Sequence record: OR258281.1
Strand: one strand, 5' to 3'
DNA length: 64,000 nt
The notes beneath the pieces are model-generated. The model was not told the DNA's origin and did not search any database. It was given only the letters and a program-made list of their open reading frames with translations. Shown here in pieces: positions 37,634 to 51,559 of the stretch. Both the position numbers and the translations under genes were made by a program. The stretch's first letter is position 1. Each line of letters opens with the position of its first letter.

Positions 37634-38229
37634 TGATTCCATGTTCAGGTACTATAAAAGCCTCTGATATAAACGTAGAGTTACAGCGTTCAGGTAATGC
37701 GGTGTTTGATATTAATAATACACCTGAAAGACAACTTGCTGGTAAGCCATCTGGACTAATAAAGTTCAGTGACTTTGCATGTAAGTCATACGGTTTTAAA
37801 TTAACTGTTGGTCAGGCTAATGGTAACGGTGCTACTACTACTGGCTATTATAACAGTGATGGCGGGTATGGTAAAACTGGTTTAATTAATGGTGCACGTC
37901 CTGCACAGTACTTTAATGCCGGATTTATGGGTTCAACACAGGGTTTCTATATTCATGACTTCTTTGTTGCGGGGGTTCGTGGTAATACATTCTTCCAAGC
38001 AATCTTCGATGCATCTAATAGTGGTGGTTACCCTACTAATGCTATACTACCATTTGGACGTAACCCGACACTTATAGTAAGAACTACTGCTGGTGCACAA
38101 GCTACAGCTAAATGTTATTACTACCGTACATCTATTGATTCTATAAGATGTGACGATGCCAGTATTATTAATATGTTCTTAGGTAATATTGGTGGTGATT
38201 TATTCTGTACCTTACAATATGGTGCATAA
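37633..38229 (+). CDS. Tail fibre tip adhesin/receptor-binding accessory (gp38-type N-terminus), 198 aa
   Basis: SGTIKASDINVELQRSG...ERQLAGKPSGLIKFSDF..KS attachment motif commonly found downstream of S74 fibres; Gly/aromatic-rich remainder. Confidence 0.7.
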   Translation: MIPCSGTIKASDINVELQRSGNAVFDINNTPERQLAGKPSGLIKFSDFACKSYGFKLTVGQANGNGATTTGYYNSDGGYGKTGLINGARPAQYFNAGFMGSTQGFYIHDFFVAGVRGNTFFQAIFDASNSGGYPTNAILPFGRNPTLIVRTTAGAQATAKCYYYRTSIDSIRCDDASIINMFLGNIGGDLFCTLQYGA

Positions 38230-38237
38230 TAAAAGTT

Positions 38238-38266
38238 TGAAACGAATTTGAAATATATTCTATACT
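38238..38266 (+). promoter_or_regulatory. Early/middle promoter TGAAAC-N17-TATACT (dsbA-pol)
   Basis: tgaaac gaatttgaaatatattc tatact. Confidence 0.85.
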
Positions 38267-38330
38267 GTCCATGTAATCGCAAGGTTGCATGGACTTTTTT
38301 TATCTTTATAATAAAACAATGGAGTACAAC

Positions 38331-38633
38331 ATGGCTAAATCTAAATCATCTTCTTCTATCCTAACTCAACCACTAAACACTGAAACTGCAAAAGAAATTA
38401 AACGTATTATTGCAGCAGGTGCAGTATACAAACAAGCTATCGCAGATGCAAATGATGGTTTGAAAGATTTAGTAGAAGAAGGTTCAGCTAAAACTGGCGT
38501 GGATAAATCTGTTCTTAAAGAAGTAATTGCTACTGTATTCAAACAGGATTATCTGGAAAAAACTGAGAAGCGTAATGAAGTAGAAGCCGTACTTGCAATT
38601 ACAGGTCAGCTTCCAACCAAAGGCGACGAATAA
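38331..38633 (+). CDS. dsbA: dsDNA-binding protein (T4 DsbA-like), about 100 aa
   Basis: Start refined to MAKSK behind GGAG; KQAIADANDGLKDLVEE..AKTGVDKSVLKEVIATVFKQDY pattern. Confidence 0.7.
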   Translation: MAKSKSSSSILTQPLNTETAKEIKRIIAAGAVYKQAIADANDGLKDLVEEGSAKTGVDKSVLKEVIATVFKQDYLEKTEKRNEVEAVLAITGQLPTKGDE

Positions 38634-38648
38634 GATTTAATGCATTAC

Positions 38649-38674
38649 AAGTACCGCAGGACGCGGTACTTTTT
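38649..38674 (+). terminator. Terminator/attenuator between dsbA and DNA polymerase
   Basis: aagtaccgc-aggac-gcggtactt-ttt. Confidence 0.75.
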
Positions 38675-38699
38675 AATTTATACAACATAAGGACGTGAA

Positions 38700-41600
38700 A
38701 TGTACGTTGACGGATATTTAGATAGAAAGAAAGAAATTCTATACGTTGCTGAAAGAATTAACGGACGTAGAATTTTAGTACAGCATTCTCCTGTTTATGA
38801 ATTTTATGTAGAAAGCCAAAGTGGTTCATATAGTACTATTAACGGTACATCAGCAAACAAATACGATTTCGCTCGTTCAGGTGAAATGCGTAGAAGTGTT
38901 GATCAATATAAAGCACAAGGTGCTAAGGTATTTGAATCAGATTGTAACGTAGTATTCAAAACATTAGCTAAACACTACATGGGTGATTCTTCCCCGGATC
39001 TACACAAAGTATTTTTCGATATTGAAACCGACTTTGACAAGAAACGTGGATTCGCCCCGCCAGATGATCCATTCCATCGCATTACTGCAATTTCTTTATA
39101 TCAAAGCTGGACTGATACTGCTTATGTTCTAGTTCTTCCACCAGAAGAAATGAACGAATCAGACGCACGTGATATTATTAATCAGGTACAACAAGAACAC
39201 CCTGAAGGTGTTATTATCATGTACCAAGATGAAAAAGAAATGCTTGAGTACTTCTTTGAACTTATTGAAGATGCTGATGTACTTTCAGGATGGAACAGCG
39301 AATTCTTTGATATTCCATATATGGTAAACCGTGTTCGTCGTATCTTCAGTGATGCAATGACTACACGTTTTTGTCTATGGGGTAAAAAACCATTACCGCG
39401 TGAAGTAGATAACTACGGTAAGACCATGGTATCATATGACCTATCTGGTCGTGTACACCTAGATTATCTTGCTTTATATAAGAAACATGCCGGACAGGTA
39501 AAAGCATCTTATAAACTGGATGATATTGGTTTAGAAGAAACTGGTGAAAAGAAAGTAGAATATGAAGGTTCGTTAGATAATTTATATCGTTCTAACTTTA
39601 AACGCTTCGTAGAATATTCATTACAAGATACCGTACTACTTAAAAAGATTGATAAAAAGCTTGATTATATCAGTCTGCATAACCGACTAGCACATCAGGA
39701 ATGTGTATTAATCGGTACTACTATGGGTTCTGTTGCTCTAATCGATACTGCTATTATTAACCTCGCACACAAACGCGGTGAAGTAGTATTTGATAAGAAA
39801 CCACAAGAAGATGACGTAGATGATAATGATCTGCAATTTGAATTTGAGTCTGATGACGATGATGAAGATTCAGGTTCATCGGAAATGTCTTCTGCTAAAG
39901 CTGCTGGTGCATGGGTACAAGATCCAGTTACTGGACTAATCGATGCATTAGGATGTGTGGACTTCAACAGTCTATATCCTTCGGTACTTCGTTCATTAGG
40001 CATGAGTACTGAGTGTATTCTAGGACAGATTCGTACTGATTACACCGATAAACTACTTGAAGAACGTGTACAGCAACAGAAAGCAAAATCTAAATCTAAA
40101 AAATTCGAACCTGATTGGACAGAAGCATGGCATGGTCTATTCAGTACTGTAGAATTCAGTAAAGTTCAGGAAAAAAGTACTGAAGTAATGACTGTGGATT
40201 TAGAAGACGGACAGAGTTTTAATTGTACTGGTGAAGAACTGTACAATATGATTTACTCTGAAGGTTCTAATATCGTTCTGAGTGCTAACGGTACTCTGTT
40301 CGATAAAAATAAGAGCGGCGTTATTCCTGAAATCCTGAGTACTTGGTATTCAGAACGTAAGGCAATGCAGAAAGCTAAACTTGATTTTAAACACTTCAGT
40401 ACTGATGGTTTACGCATTAACGATCCAGATGATATTAATGTAGATGTAGAGTTGTTAAAGACTTACATTCATAATAATGGTCAGGTTAAAATTAAGCGTA
40501 CTAATTTAGATACTGAATGTCCAGCTTTCGCATTACGTGCTGCACTTAAAAAGAATAATCTTGAACTAGCAGGTTCAATTATCAGCAGTAACTTTGAATT
40601 GCACGATAATGTGATTAAGTGTACTAATGATGATCTTGAATATTGCAAAAACCAGAGTTCTTTTTGGGATCAGAACCAGCTAATTCGTAAAATTCTTCTT
40701 AACTCCCTGTACGGTGCACTACTAAACAAGGGTTCACGTTTCTATGATAAACGTTTAGGTCAGTCTGTAACATTAACTGGTCGTAGCATGGCTAAACACC
40801 TTGCTAGTAAAATCAATGAAGTTTGTGGTGAAGAATATATTCATCATGGTGGTGCGGTTGTTTATGGTGATACGGACTCAGTATATTTCAGTGTTGCATA
40901 TCTGATGAAATTGCGTGGATTGGAATTTGATCTAAGTAAAGAACAGATTGTAGAGATGTACCAGAATATCGGTAAAATCGTAGGTGAGTCATTCCCTTCA
41001 TTCATGAATACTACTTTTAATACAGGAATGGAAAAAGGTGCAATCATTGGTGCTGATCTGGAAATGGTTGGTTCACGTGGTTTATTCCTGAAGAAGAAGC
41101 GTTATGCAATTCTTAAGTATTGGGAAGATGGTTTCCGTTTAGATACTGGTGGTAAGCCTGGTAAAATTAAGGCAATGGGTCTGGAAATCAAACGTTCAGA
41201 TACTGCTAAGTACATCCAGAAGTTTTTAGAAGAAATTCTAATTAACCTTCTATGTGGTGAGAAAGAAGAGAACCTACGTGAACAGGTACGCGAATTTAAG
41301 AAGGGTTTCCGTAAAATGGAATCATTCGATAAAGGAGCACCGAAAACCGTTAAGAAGCTCTCTCATTGGTCAGAAGAGTATGAGAAGACAGGTAAATGTA
41401 GTGTAGGTCATGTTCTGGCTGCAATCCAGTGGAACAAACTACGTAACATCTATGATGACAAACTAGTACCAGAAGCAACTGACGGTACTAAAGTAGTTGT
41501 CTGCACTCTAAAGAGCAACATATATGGTATCAAGAGTATTGGATATCCTATCGAATGCAGAGAGTATTTGCCACAGTGGTTCCTTGATCTACCATTTGAT

Positions 41601-41723
41601 GATGATGACATGGAACAGAAAGTACTGGTTAAAAAGATGGAAAACATTTTTGGCATTATTGACATGGATATTGGTATTCATGAAACAGAAGTAATGGCAG
41701 AAGGTGGATTCCTTGAATGGTAA
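38700..41723 (+). CDS. gp43: Family B DNA polymerase (T4 gp43-like), 1007 aa
   Basis: ExoI FDIET, ExoII GWNSEFFDIPY, ExoIII YSLQD, motif A DFNSLYPS, B KILLNSLYG, C YGDTDS. Confidence 0.97.
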   Translation: MYVDGYLDRKKEILYVAERINGRRILVQHSPVYEFYVESQSGSYSTINGTSANKYDFARSGEMRRSVDQYKAQGAKVFESDCNVVFKTLAKHYMGDSSPDLHKVFFDIETDFDKKRGFAPPDDPFHRITAISLYQSWTDTAYVLVLPPEEMNESDARDIINQVQQEHPEGVIIMYQDEKEMLEYFFELIEDADVLSGWNSEFFDIPYMVNRVRRIFSDAMTTRFCLWGKKPLPREVDNYGKTMVSYDLSGRVHLDYLALYKKHAGQVKASYKLDDIGLEETGEKKVEYEGSLDNLYRSNFKRFVEYSLQDTVLLKKIDKKLDYISLHNRLAHQECVLIGTTMGSVALIDTAIINLAHKRGEVVFDKKPQEDDVDDNDLQFEFESDDDDEDSGSSEMSSAKAAGAWVQDPVTGLIDALGCVDFNSLYPSVLRSLGMSTECILGQIRTDYTDKLLEERVQQQKAKSKSKKFEPDWTEAWHGLFSTVEFSKVQEKSTEVMTVDLEDGQSFNCTGEELYNMIYSEGSNIVLSANGTLFDKNKSGVIPEILSTWYSERKAMQKAKLDFKHFSTDGLRINDPDDINVDVELLKTYIHNNGQVKIKRTNLDTECPAFALRAALKKNNLELAGSIISSNFELHDNVIKCTNDDLEYCKNQSSFWDQNQLIRKILLNSLYGALLNKGSRFYDKRLGQSVTLTGRSMAKHLASKINEVCGEEYIHHGGAVVYGDTDSVYFSVAYLMKLRGLEFDLSKEQIVEMYQNIGKIVGESFPSFMNTTFNTGMEKGAIIGADLEMVGSRGLFLKKKRYAILKYWEDGFRLDTGGKPGKIKAMGLEIKRSDTAKYIQKFLEEILINLLCGEKEENLREQVREFKKGFRKMESFDKGAPKTVKKLSHWSEEYEKTGKCSVGHVLAAIQWNKLRNIYDDKLVPEATDGTKVVVCTLKSNIYGIKSIGYPIECREYLPQWFLDLPFDDDDMEQKVLVKKMENIFGIIDMDIGIHETEVMAEGGFLEW

Positions 41724-41727
41724 TAGT

Positions 41728-41751
41728 GGTGGGGATTAACCCCACCTTTTT
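41728..41751 (+). terminator. Intrinsic terminator after the polymerase
   Basis: ggtgggg-attaa-ccccacc-ttttt. Confidence 0.88.
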
Positions 41752-41764
41752 ATAAGGAAAATAT

Positions 41765-42142
41765 ATGAGTCTATTTGCACGTATTAAGAAATTCTTCAAA
41801 GCTGAACCTGAAGTACCAAAGAAAAGTGTTATTACTCTCAATAAAGAAAATGAGATGTATAATAATTCAGTTAATGCCAGTATTAAAAGTAATGTAGCAT
41901 CACAAGTAAAACAAAATAAAAAAGAGTATTCAGCACCACGTCCTGCCAGAAGTGTAGTTTCTGGTCCACTACCTAAACCTTCAAGAACATCAAGATCGTC
42001 AAGTACTTCAAGTTCATCATCAAGTTCTTATAGTGGTTATGACAGTACTCCATCATATACATCATATGATAGTTCTTCGTCATATAGTAGTTCCGATTGC
42101 TCAAGTTCCAGTTCGTCAAGTTCTAGTACTTGTGATTTTTAA
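41765..42142 (+). CDS. Hypothetical protein with Ser-rich C-terminus, 125 aa
   Basis: AAGGA SD; ends SSSYSSSDCSSSSSSSSSTCDF. Confidence 0.75.
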   Translation: MSLFARIKKFFKAEPEVPKKSVITLNKENEMYNNSVNASIKSNVASQVKQNKKEYSAPRPARSVVSGPLPKPSRTSRSSSTSSSSSSSYSGYDSTPSYTSYDSSSSYSSSDCSSSSSSSSSTCDF

Positions 42143-42148
42143 TTTTAG

Positions 42149-42177
42149 TGAAACGATTTATAAACATGTTCTATACT
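42149..42177 (+). promoter_or_regulatory. Early/middle promoter TGAAAC-N17-TATACT
   Basis: tgaaac gatttataaacatgttc tatact. Confidence 0.88.
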
Positions 42178-42208
42178 AGTCAAGCAAACAACAAAATGGA
42201 GATTTAAA

Positions 42209-42937
42209 ATGGAATTTCGCGATATTCTACGTGACCTAGTTAATACCACTTCACCACTGGCTTTCGATACTATTGTACTCGGTCAGACTGATGATAACAA
42301 AATTACAATGGAGTCATATACCAATGACAAAACTGTAGTAATGAAAGCGGTATCTAACGAATCAATTACCGATATGAACGGCGTAGAAAACTTTGGCCTA
42401 TCTAACCTAAACATGCTACAGGGTCTGCTAAGCCTTAATACTTATAAAACAGAAAGTACTTCAATCACTCCAGTACTAAAAGGTAATCAGATTCAAAAAC
42501 TATCTTTTAGCTCTGATGATTCCAGTACTGATTTCGTTGTGTTAGCAACTGCTGCACTACCTAAACAGCCTAAACTAATTGATAAAGGTTTTGACGTGCA
42601 GGTTACTCCTAGTCCTTCAAAAGTCAATGAGTTGAAAAGCTATGCAGGTGTTTTCAAAACTCTAAGTGAAAAAGTAACTCCGTATACCGATGACAACCAA
42701 CTACGTTTCAAAGTAGGTAATGCTGCTAAGAACAATCACGGTGGTAGTATTGCATTTGCACCAACTAAAGAAGAACTAACTGAAGGTTATGGTTATTCTG
42801 TAGACCGTCTAATGCAAACTCTGTCTCGTATCAATAACTGCAAATCTAGCCAGATTAGTATCAGTTCTAAAGGCATGATGGCAATCACTATTGATACTGG
42901 TGTATGTCAGTACAGCTTCTACATGATGGGTGCTTAA
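42209..42937 (+). CDS. gp45: Sliding clamp (T4 gp45-like), 242 aa
   Basis: Size and position next to the polymerase; FGLSNLNMLQGLLSL resembles T4 gp45 AIYDLNGFLGILSL. Confidence 0.65.
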   Translation: MEFRDILRDLVNTTSPLAFDTIVLGQTDDNKITMESYTNDKTVVMKAVSNESITDMNGVENFGLSNLNMLQGLLSLNTYKTESTSITPVLKGNQIQKLSFSSDDSSTDFVVLATAALPKQPKLIDKGFDVQVTPSPSKVNELKSYAGVFKTLSEKVTPYTDDNQLRFKVGNAAKNNHGGSIAFAPTKEELTEGYGYSVDRLMQTLSRINNCKSSQISISSKGMMAITIDTGVCQYSFYMMGA

Positions 42938-42944
42938 TAAATTA

Positions 42945-42968
42945 GGGGAACTTAGGTTCCCCGTTTTT
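42945..42968 (+). terminator. Intrinsic terminator
   Basis: ggggaac-ttag-gttcccc-gttttt. Confidence 0.85.
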
Positions 42969-42985
42969 AATTAGGATATAAGATA

Positions 42986-43600
42986 ATGAGTACTCCACGC
43001 TTTGTTGCTGACCTTCATATGGGTCACAGAAACATTTATAAATACAGGCCAGTGTTCAAAAGTACTTTACACAATGATTACTTCTTTATGGAAGTATTAG
43101 AAAGTGTATGTACTAAAAGAGATATTATGTACTTTCTTGGTGATATTTTATTTGATAAAAAATACCTCGGATTCATCAAATCTCTTCCCGGTACTAAAAT
43201 TTTGATTCCGGGGAACCACTGTACTGAATACATTTCTATGAAAGAACTTGCAAATACATTTGATGATGTTCACGCTTCATTAAAGAAAAACGGATTCTGG
43301 TTAACACATATTCCAATTCATGATGATGAACTTCGCGGTAAACCAAATATCCATGGTCATGTACATGCAAGTAGTATTCATAGTTCCGACCATCTTAACG
43401 TATCAGTTGATAGTTCATTTATGAAGTACTATCCAAGAACATTAGATGAATGTCGTCTTGCAATTCAACATCAACAGGAAAATAATACATATTTTCCGGG
43501 AATTGCTAATTTTGAAGCTGAGGATATTATTCTCGATAATTCAGAAACGTCAGAGATTTATAAAAGAACGTTAAACAAATCAAAAACCATTACTGTATAA
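42986..43600 (+). CDS. Calcineurin-like metallophosphoesterase, 204 aa
   Basis: ADLHMGH, LGDI, PGNH, LTHIP, IHGHVH. Confidence 0.9.
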   Translation: MSTPRFVADLHMGHRNIYKYRPVFKSTLHNDYFFMEVLESVCTKRDIMYFLGDILFDKKYLGFIKSLPGTKILIPGNHCTEYISMKELANTFDDVHASLKKNGFWLTHIPIHDDELRGKPNIHGHVHASSIHSSDHLNVSVDSSFMKYYPRTLDECRLAIQHQQENNTYFPGIANFEAEDIILDNSETSEIYKRTLNKSKTITV

Positions 43601-43613
43601 CTTAGGAGCAAGG

Positions 43614-43814
43614 ATGCCACTATATACATACCGCTGTACTCAGTGCGAAGAAAGTACTGATAAAATTGTCAAAATGGCTGATCGTGAAACGCCTAAACCA
43701 TGTGTCAAATGTGAAACAACTGACACTATGATCTACGAACCATATACTGCTGGTAATAAAGGTTCTAATCTTTATTTTCGTGGAAACTGGTTTGCTACTA
43801 AAGGGAGATATTAA
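43614..43814 (+). CDS. FmdB-family zinc-ribbon protein, 66 aa
   Basis: MPLYTYRCTQC...PCVKC...FRGNWFAT. Confidence 0.88.
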   Translation: MPLYTYRCTQCEESTDKIVKMADRETPKPCVKCETTDTMIYEPYTAGNKGSNLYFRGNWFATKGRY

Positions 43815-43815
43815 T

Positions 43816-44100
43816 ATGGCACTAAAGATGATTAATGATTTTGTACTGGTTAAAGTTGACAGTGCAATTACAACTACCAAATCAGGAATTGCACTTGCTT
43901 CAGTTGAAATTCCAACTACTGGTAAAGTAGTTTCTGTTGGTGAAGGTAAAGTACTTCCTAATGGCACACGTGTTGAGCCTAATGTCCAAGTTGGCGATTC
44001 TATTATTTTTGGTAAATCAGCAATGAATACTAAAATTGAAGAAGACGGCGTTGATTATTATGTAATGAAAATTGATGAGATTTTTGGGAAGAAAAAATGA
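43816..44100 (+). CDS. groES: Co-chaperonin GroES (Cpn10), 94 aa
   Basis: Start refined to 43816 (GGGAG SD); LKMINDFVLV...TTKSGIAL...GKVVSVGEGK...VQVGDSIIFGK. Confidence 0.92.
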   Translation: MALKMINDFVLVKVDSAITTTKSGIALASVEIPTTGKVVSVGEGKVLPNGTRVEPNVQVGDSIIFGKSAMNTKIEEDGVDYYVMKIDEIFGKKK

Positions 44101-44810
44101 GATTACCATTTAAATTAATTCCGGCTCATTGGGGATTAAGTGGTAAATCATTAGAACTTGCTAAAATTGACTACTACATTAAAGATCCTTATGAAGCAGA
44201 GACCGCACGTGCTAATTTGATTGATGATGATATTGAACGTCAAAAATCTCAACTACGTGTTGATAAAAAGTACTCAAAAATTACTGATTCACAGTATGAA
44301 GTTGCAATGATTGTTCTAAACAATGAACTTATTTCAGAAGTGGATTATAAGAAAGCGGTTCTACAGATACGTAAAAAGTACAAAGAGTTGTCAGAACGTG
44401 AATACATGGAATCTGAACTAGAGTTAATGCCTGATTCAAAAGAGAAAGAACTTATGACTCTTGCGTTACTTTATAAGTACCATGAAATTACAGAAGATGA
44501 TTATCATAAAGGTGTTGCTACCATTAATGAAAAAGTGTGGTGGAAACTCACTGTAACTTCAGATAGTAATGAGGAAGTGGAAGTATCATTAGACTATAAT
44601 GAATTCTTCGTTAAGACATTACAAGAAACAGGTCATCCAGGAAACGATGAGAATGAAATTGTCGATTTCTATGTAAAGGATTTGGGAAGAAAATTGGCTA
44701 CTGGAGAATCAAGTGATTATGATTCCCGATTACTTCAGGCGAATCTTGATGACCCAAAGATGATTATTCGTGGTATATCTAACGGCGACGGTACTGTAGA
44801 TTATTCATAA
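44097..44810 (+). CDS. Hypothetical protein, 237 aa
   Basis: ATGA overlap with groES; long ORF. Confidence 0.8.
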   Translation: MRLPFKLIPAHWGLSGKSLELAKIDYYIKDPYEAETARANLIDDDIERQKSQLRVDKKYSKITDSQYEVAMIVLNNELISEVDYKKAVLQIRKKYKELSEREYMESELELMPDSKEKELMTLALLYKYHEITEDDYHKGVATINEKVWWKLTVTSDSNEEVEVSLDYNEFFVKTLQETGHPGNDENEIVDFYVKDLGRKLATGESSDYDSRLLQANLDDPKMIIRGISNGDGTVDYS

Positions 44811-44838
44811 AAAAAAGGACGCAATATGCGTCCTTTTT
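44809..44838. terminator. Bidirectional terminator
   Basis: aaaaaaa-aggacgca-ata-tgcgtcct-tttt between convergent genes. Confidence 0.9.
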
Positions 44839-44848
44839 GTGTTTTAAC

Positions 44849-45505
44849 TTATTTTAGTGCTGGTAGAGATTTGAATAGTTTAACACCGAAGTTACCTTGA
44901 GCACCAGCGGTAGCACTTGAAAGTAGTTTAATTTCACTACCATCAGCAGCTAACATAGGTACACCAGTTAGATCATCGATTAGGTTACGACTAACATCTA
45001 CAACACCAGTTGGAACGCCTTGGAATGATAGAATATCTTTATCAAACACATTAGCACGTTCTACCATGAAAGTAATAACTTCAGCAGCAGTAATATCAAC
45101 ATTACCAGTTACACCTGCTGGAGCATTACGAAACTCAGTAACATCACTAACATCAATGTCTGAAGCTAGTAGAATAACTGCACGCTGTTGTACAATATCA
45201 ACTACACGCTTTAGGTTAGTCTGTGCAGAATGAGATGCAATATAATCAGCTTCAACAGAAGCAAGAACAAATGCAGAACCATCAACACGAACAACACCTT
45301 TAGCATTTAGAAAATCTACTAGAGCCTGATCATCATCAGAGTTAAGGAAACGTTTAACTTCTACTAGAGAAGCAACCGCACCAGTATCTTTTAGTGCTAC
45401 GTCACCAGCGGAACCAATCGCAACAGATACTGCTGCGTTTTTCCCCATGAAATAACCTAGTACTGAACTTTTATTAAAACCATTGATACGTTCAAAAGTT
45501 GCCAT
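44849..45505 (-). CDS. Putative late virion structural protein, 218 aa (paralog of the next gene)
   Basis: AAGGAG SD; Ala/Val/Gly-rich; shares QRAV and VERA motifs with 45531-46085. Confidence 0.65.
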   Translation of the reverse strand: MATFERINGFNKSSVLGYFMGKNAAVSVAIGSAGDVALKDTGAVASLVEVKRFLNSDDDQALVDFLNAKGVVRVDGSAFVLASVEADYIASHSAQTNLKRVVDIVQQRAVILLASDIDVSDVTEFRNAPAGVTGNVDITAAEVITFMVERANVFDKDILSFQGVPTGVVDVSRNLIDDLTGVPMLAADGSEIKLLSSATAGAQGNFGVKLFKSLPALK

Positions 45506-45530
45506 TTTATAATCTCCTTGGTTTTAATGA

Positions 45531-46085
45531 TTAAGCTAGAATAGCTGGTAGTGCATCATAAACCTTAACAGCAACGCCAGCAGCAGCAACAGAAGCAACA
45601 CCTGCTTTAGTTTCGAAGAAACCAGCAGCACCAATGTTAGCAGCTAGATCAGCAGTTGGATCGACAGTTAGAGCATAAGTAGCACCAGGTTTATCAACTT
45701 GAGTAGTTAGTACATCAGCACGTTCTACTAGGTAAGTTAGTGCGAAAGAGTTAGTTGCAGGAGTACCAGCTTTACCGAACGCTAGAACATTACCACCAAC
45801 AGTTTCAAAACCAGCAGCAGTAGGGTTAGCAGTACTAGAAGGTGCAGATACTGCAACAACAACAGCACGTTGGCCTAGAGCCTGAGCAAGTTTGAACTGG
45901 TTACGCTGAGCAGCACTTAGTGCAGTCTGAGCAGCATCGGAACCATCTTGTGCAACCGCAGTTACACCAATTTCGGTATCAGCAGGTAGAGTTACTACAA
46001 TAGTAACGAAACCGTTGTTACCACCCCAAAACTCACGGCTGTTAGTTGACATGCCATAGTTACGGTTAAAAGTATTGAGAGCCAT
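45531..46085 (-). CDS. Putative late virion structural (decoration-like) protein, 184 aa
   Basis: AGGAG SD; AATAAATA late promoter at 46138-46145; highly expressed codon style (GCT/CTA/ACT). Confidence 0.65.
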   Translation of the reverse strand: MALNTFNRNYGMSTNSREFWGGNNGFVTIVVTLPADTEIGVTAVAQDGSDAAQTALSAAQRNQFKLAQALGQRAVVVAVSAPSSTANPTAAGFETVGGNVLAFGKAGTPATNSFALTYLVERADVLTTQVDKPGATYALTVDPTADLAANIGAAGFFETKAGVASVAAAGVAVKVYDALPAILA

Positions 46086-46137
46086 AATATTCTCCTAAAG
46101 TCTTATTTGGTGCAGGAACCTTTTTCCTGCTTAATGT

Positions 46138-46145
46138 TATTTATT
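46138..46145 (-). promoter_or_regulatory. Late promoter AATAAATA
   Basis: tatttatt on + strand; leader hairpin gcaggaa/ttcctgc at 46112-46130. Confidence 0.7.
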
Positions 46146-46147
46146 AA

Positions 46148-47274
<1,127 letters not shown>

Positions 47275-47275
<1 letters not shown>

Positions 47276-47778
47276 TGGCTATATTAAAAAAACTAACTGA
47301 GTATTCTTATATTCTTGAAACCAATACTAAAGAGAAGATTGGTATTGTCGTAGACTATTCACAAAGTTCATCTGATAAAAGTGGCATTGAATTTTTCAAT
47401 GCCAAAGGTCGATTAGCTTTTGACTCAATTGATTCACTTGCTGGCCTTATCGGTGACAGTATCGTATATGAAGAAGTACAGGAAACATCAAGTACCGATA
47501 ACACCAAGTACATCGACGAGTATCCTATTAATGATACAGATTCTGTACATGATGTTAAGGACGATACTGAATACAATATGAAAACCTTCTCCAAAAGTAA
47601 GCGTTCAAAGAAACGATTCTTACCGGGTTGGTGGGTTGTACAGAGTCTGGATGGCACCACAACAACAGCACGTTTGACAATAAGCGTAGATACATATAAA
47701 GAGCGTGAACTCGGGAAAACGCTGTATGGGCCGTTTAAGACCTATATGGAAGTATCATATCAGATGAAAAAGGTATAA
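47275..47778 (+). CDS. Hypothetical protein, 167 aa
   Basis: TAATG coupling to rnh. Confidence 0.8.
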
Positions 47779-47802
47779 TTCTATATTGTATTTGTATTGA
47801 GT

Positions 47803-47810
47803 ACTAAATA
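47803..47810 (+). promoter_or_regulatory. Late promoter ACTAAATA for the terminase operon
   Basis: Followed by leader hairpin 47814-47837 and AGGAG SD of 47855. Confidence 0.65.
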
Positions 47811-47854
47811 ACGATGAGGGGCTGAATAAGCCCTCATTAATTTAGGAGTTCAAT

Positions 47855-50171
<2,317 letters not shown>

Positions 50172-50178
50172 TTTAAAC

Positions 50179-50186
50179 AATAAATA
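50179..50186 (+). promoter_or_regulatory. Late promoter AATAAATA
   Basis: 25 nt upstream of ATG 50211 (AAGGAG SD). Confidence 0.7.
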
Positions 50187-50210
50187 ATGTAAAGAATCAA
50201 GGAGACAATT

Positions 50211-51509
<1,299 letters not shown>

Positions 51510-51527
51510 GCATCTCCTTTATTTTCG

Positions 51528-51556
51528 TGAAACGTTTACCAAATATGTTCTATACT
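51528..51556 (+). promoter_or_regulatory. Early/middle promoter TGAAAC-N17-TATACT (distal, upstream of SSB)
   Basis: tgaaac gtttaccaaatatgttc tatact. Confidence 0.88.
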
Positions 51557-51559
51557 ATT

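Noticed and set aside
43620-43967. 115-aa minus-strand ORF and other antisense ORFs over groES, uvsX (53423-53839) and pol
   Set aside because: Mirror frames produced by codon bias of the sense genes; no regulatory signals
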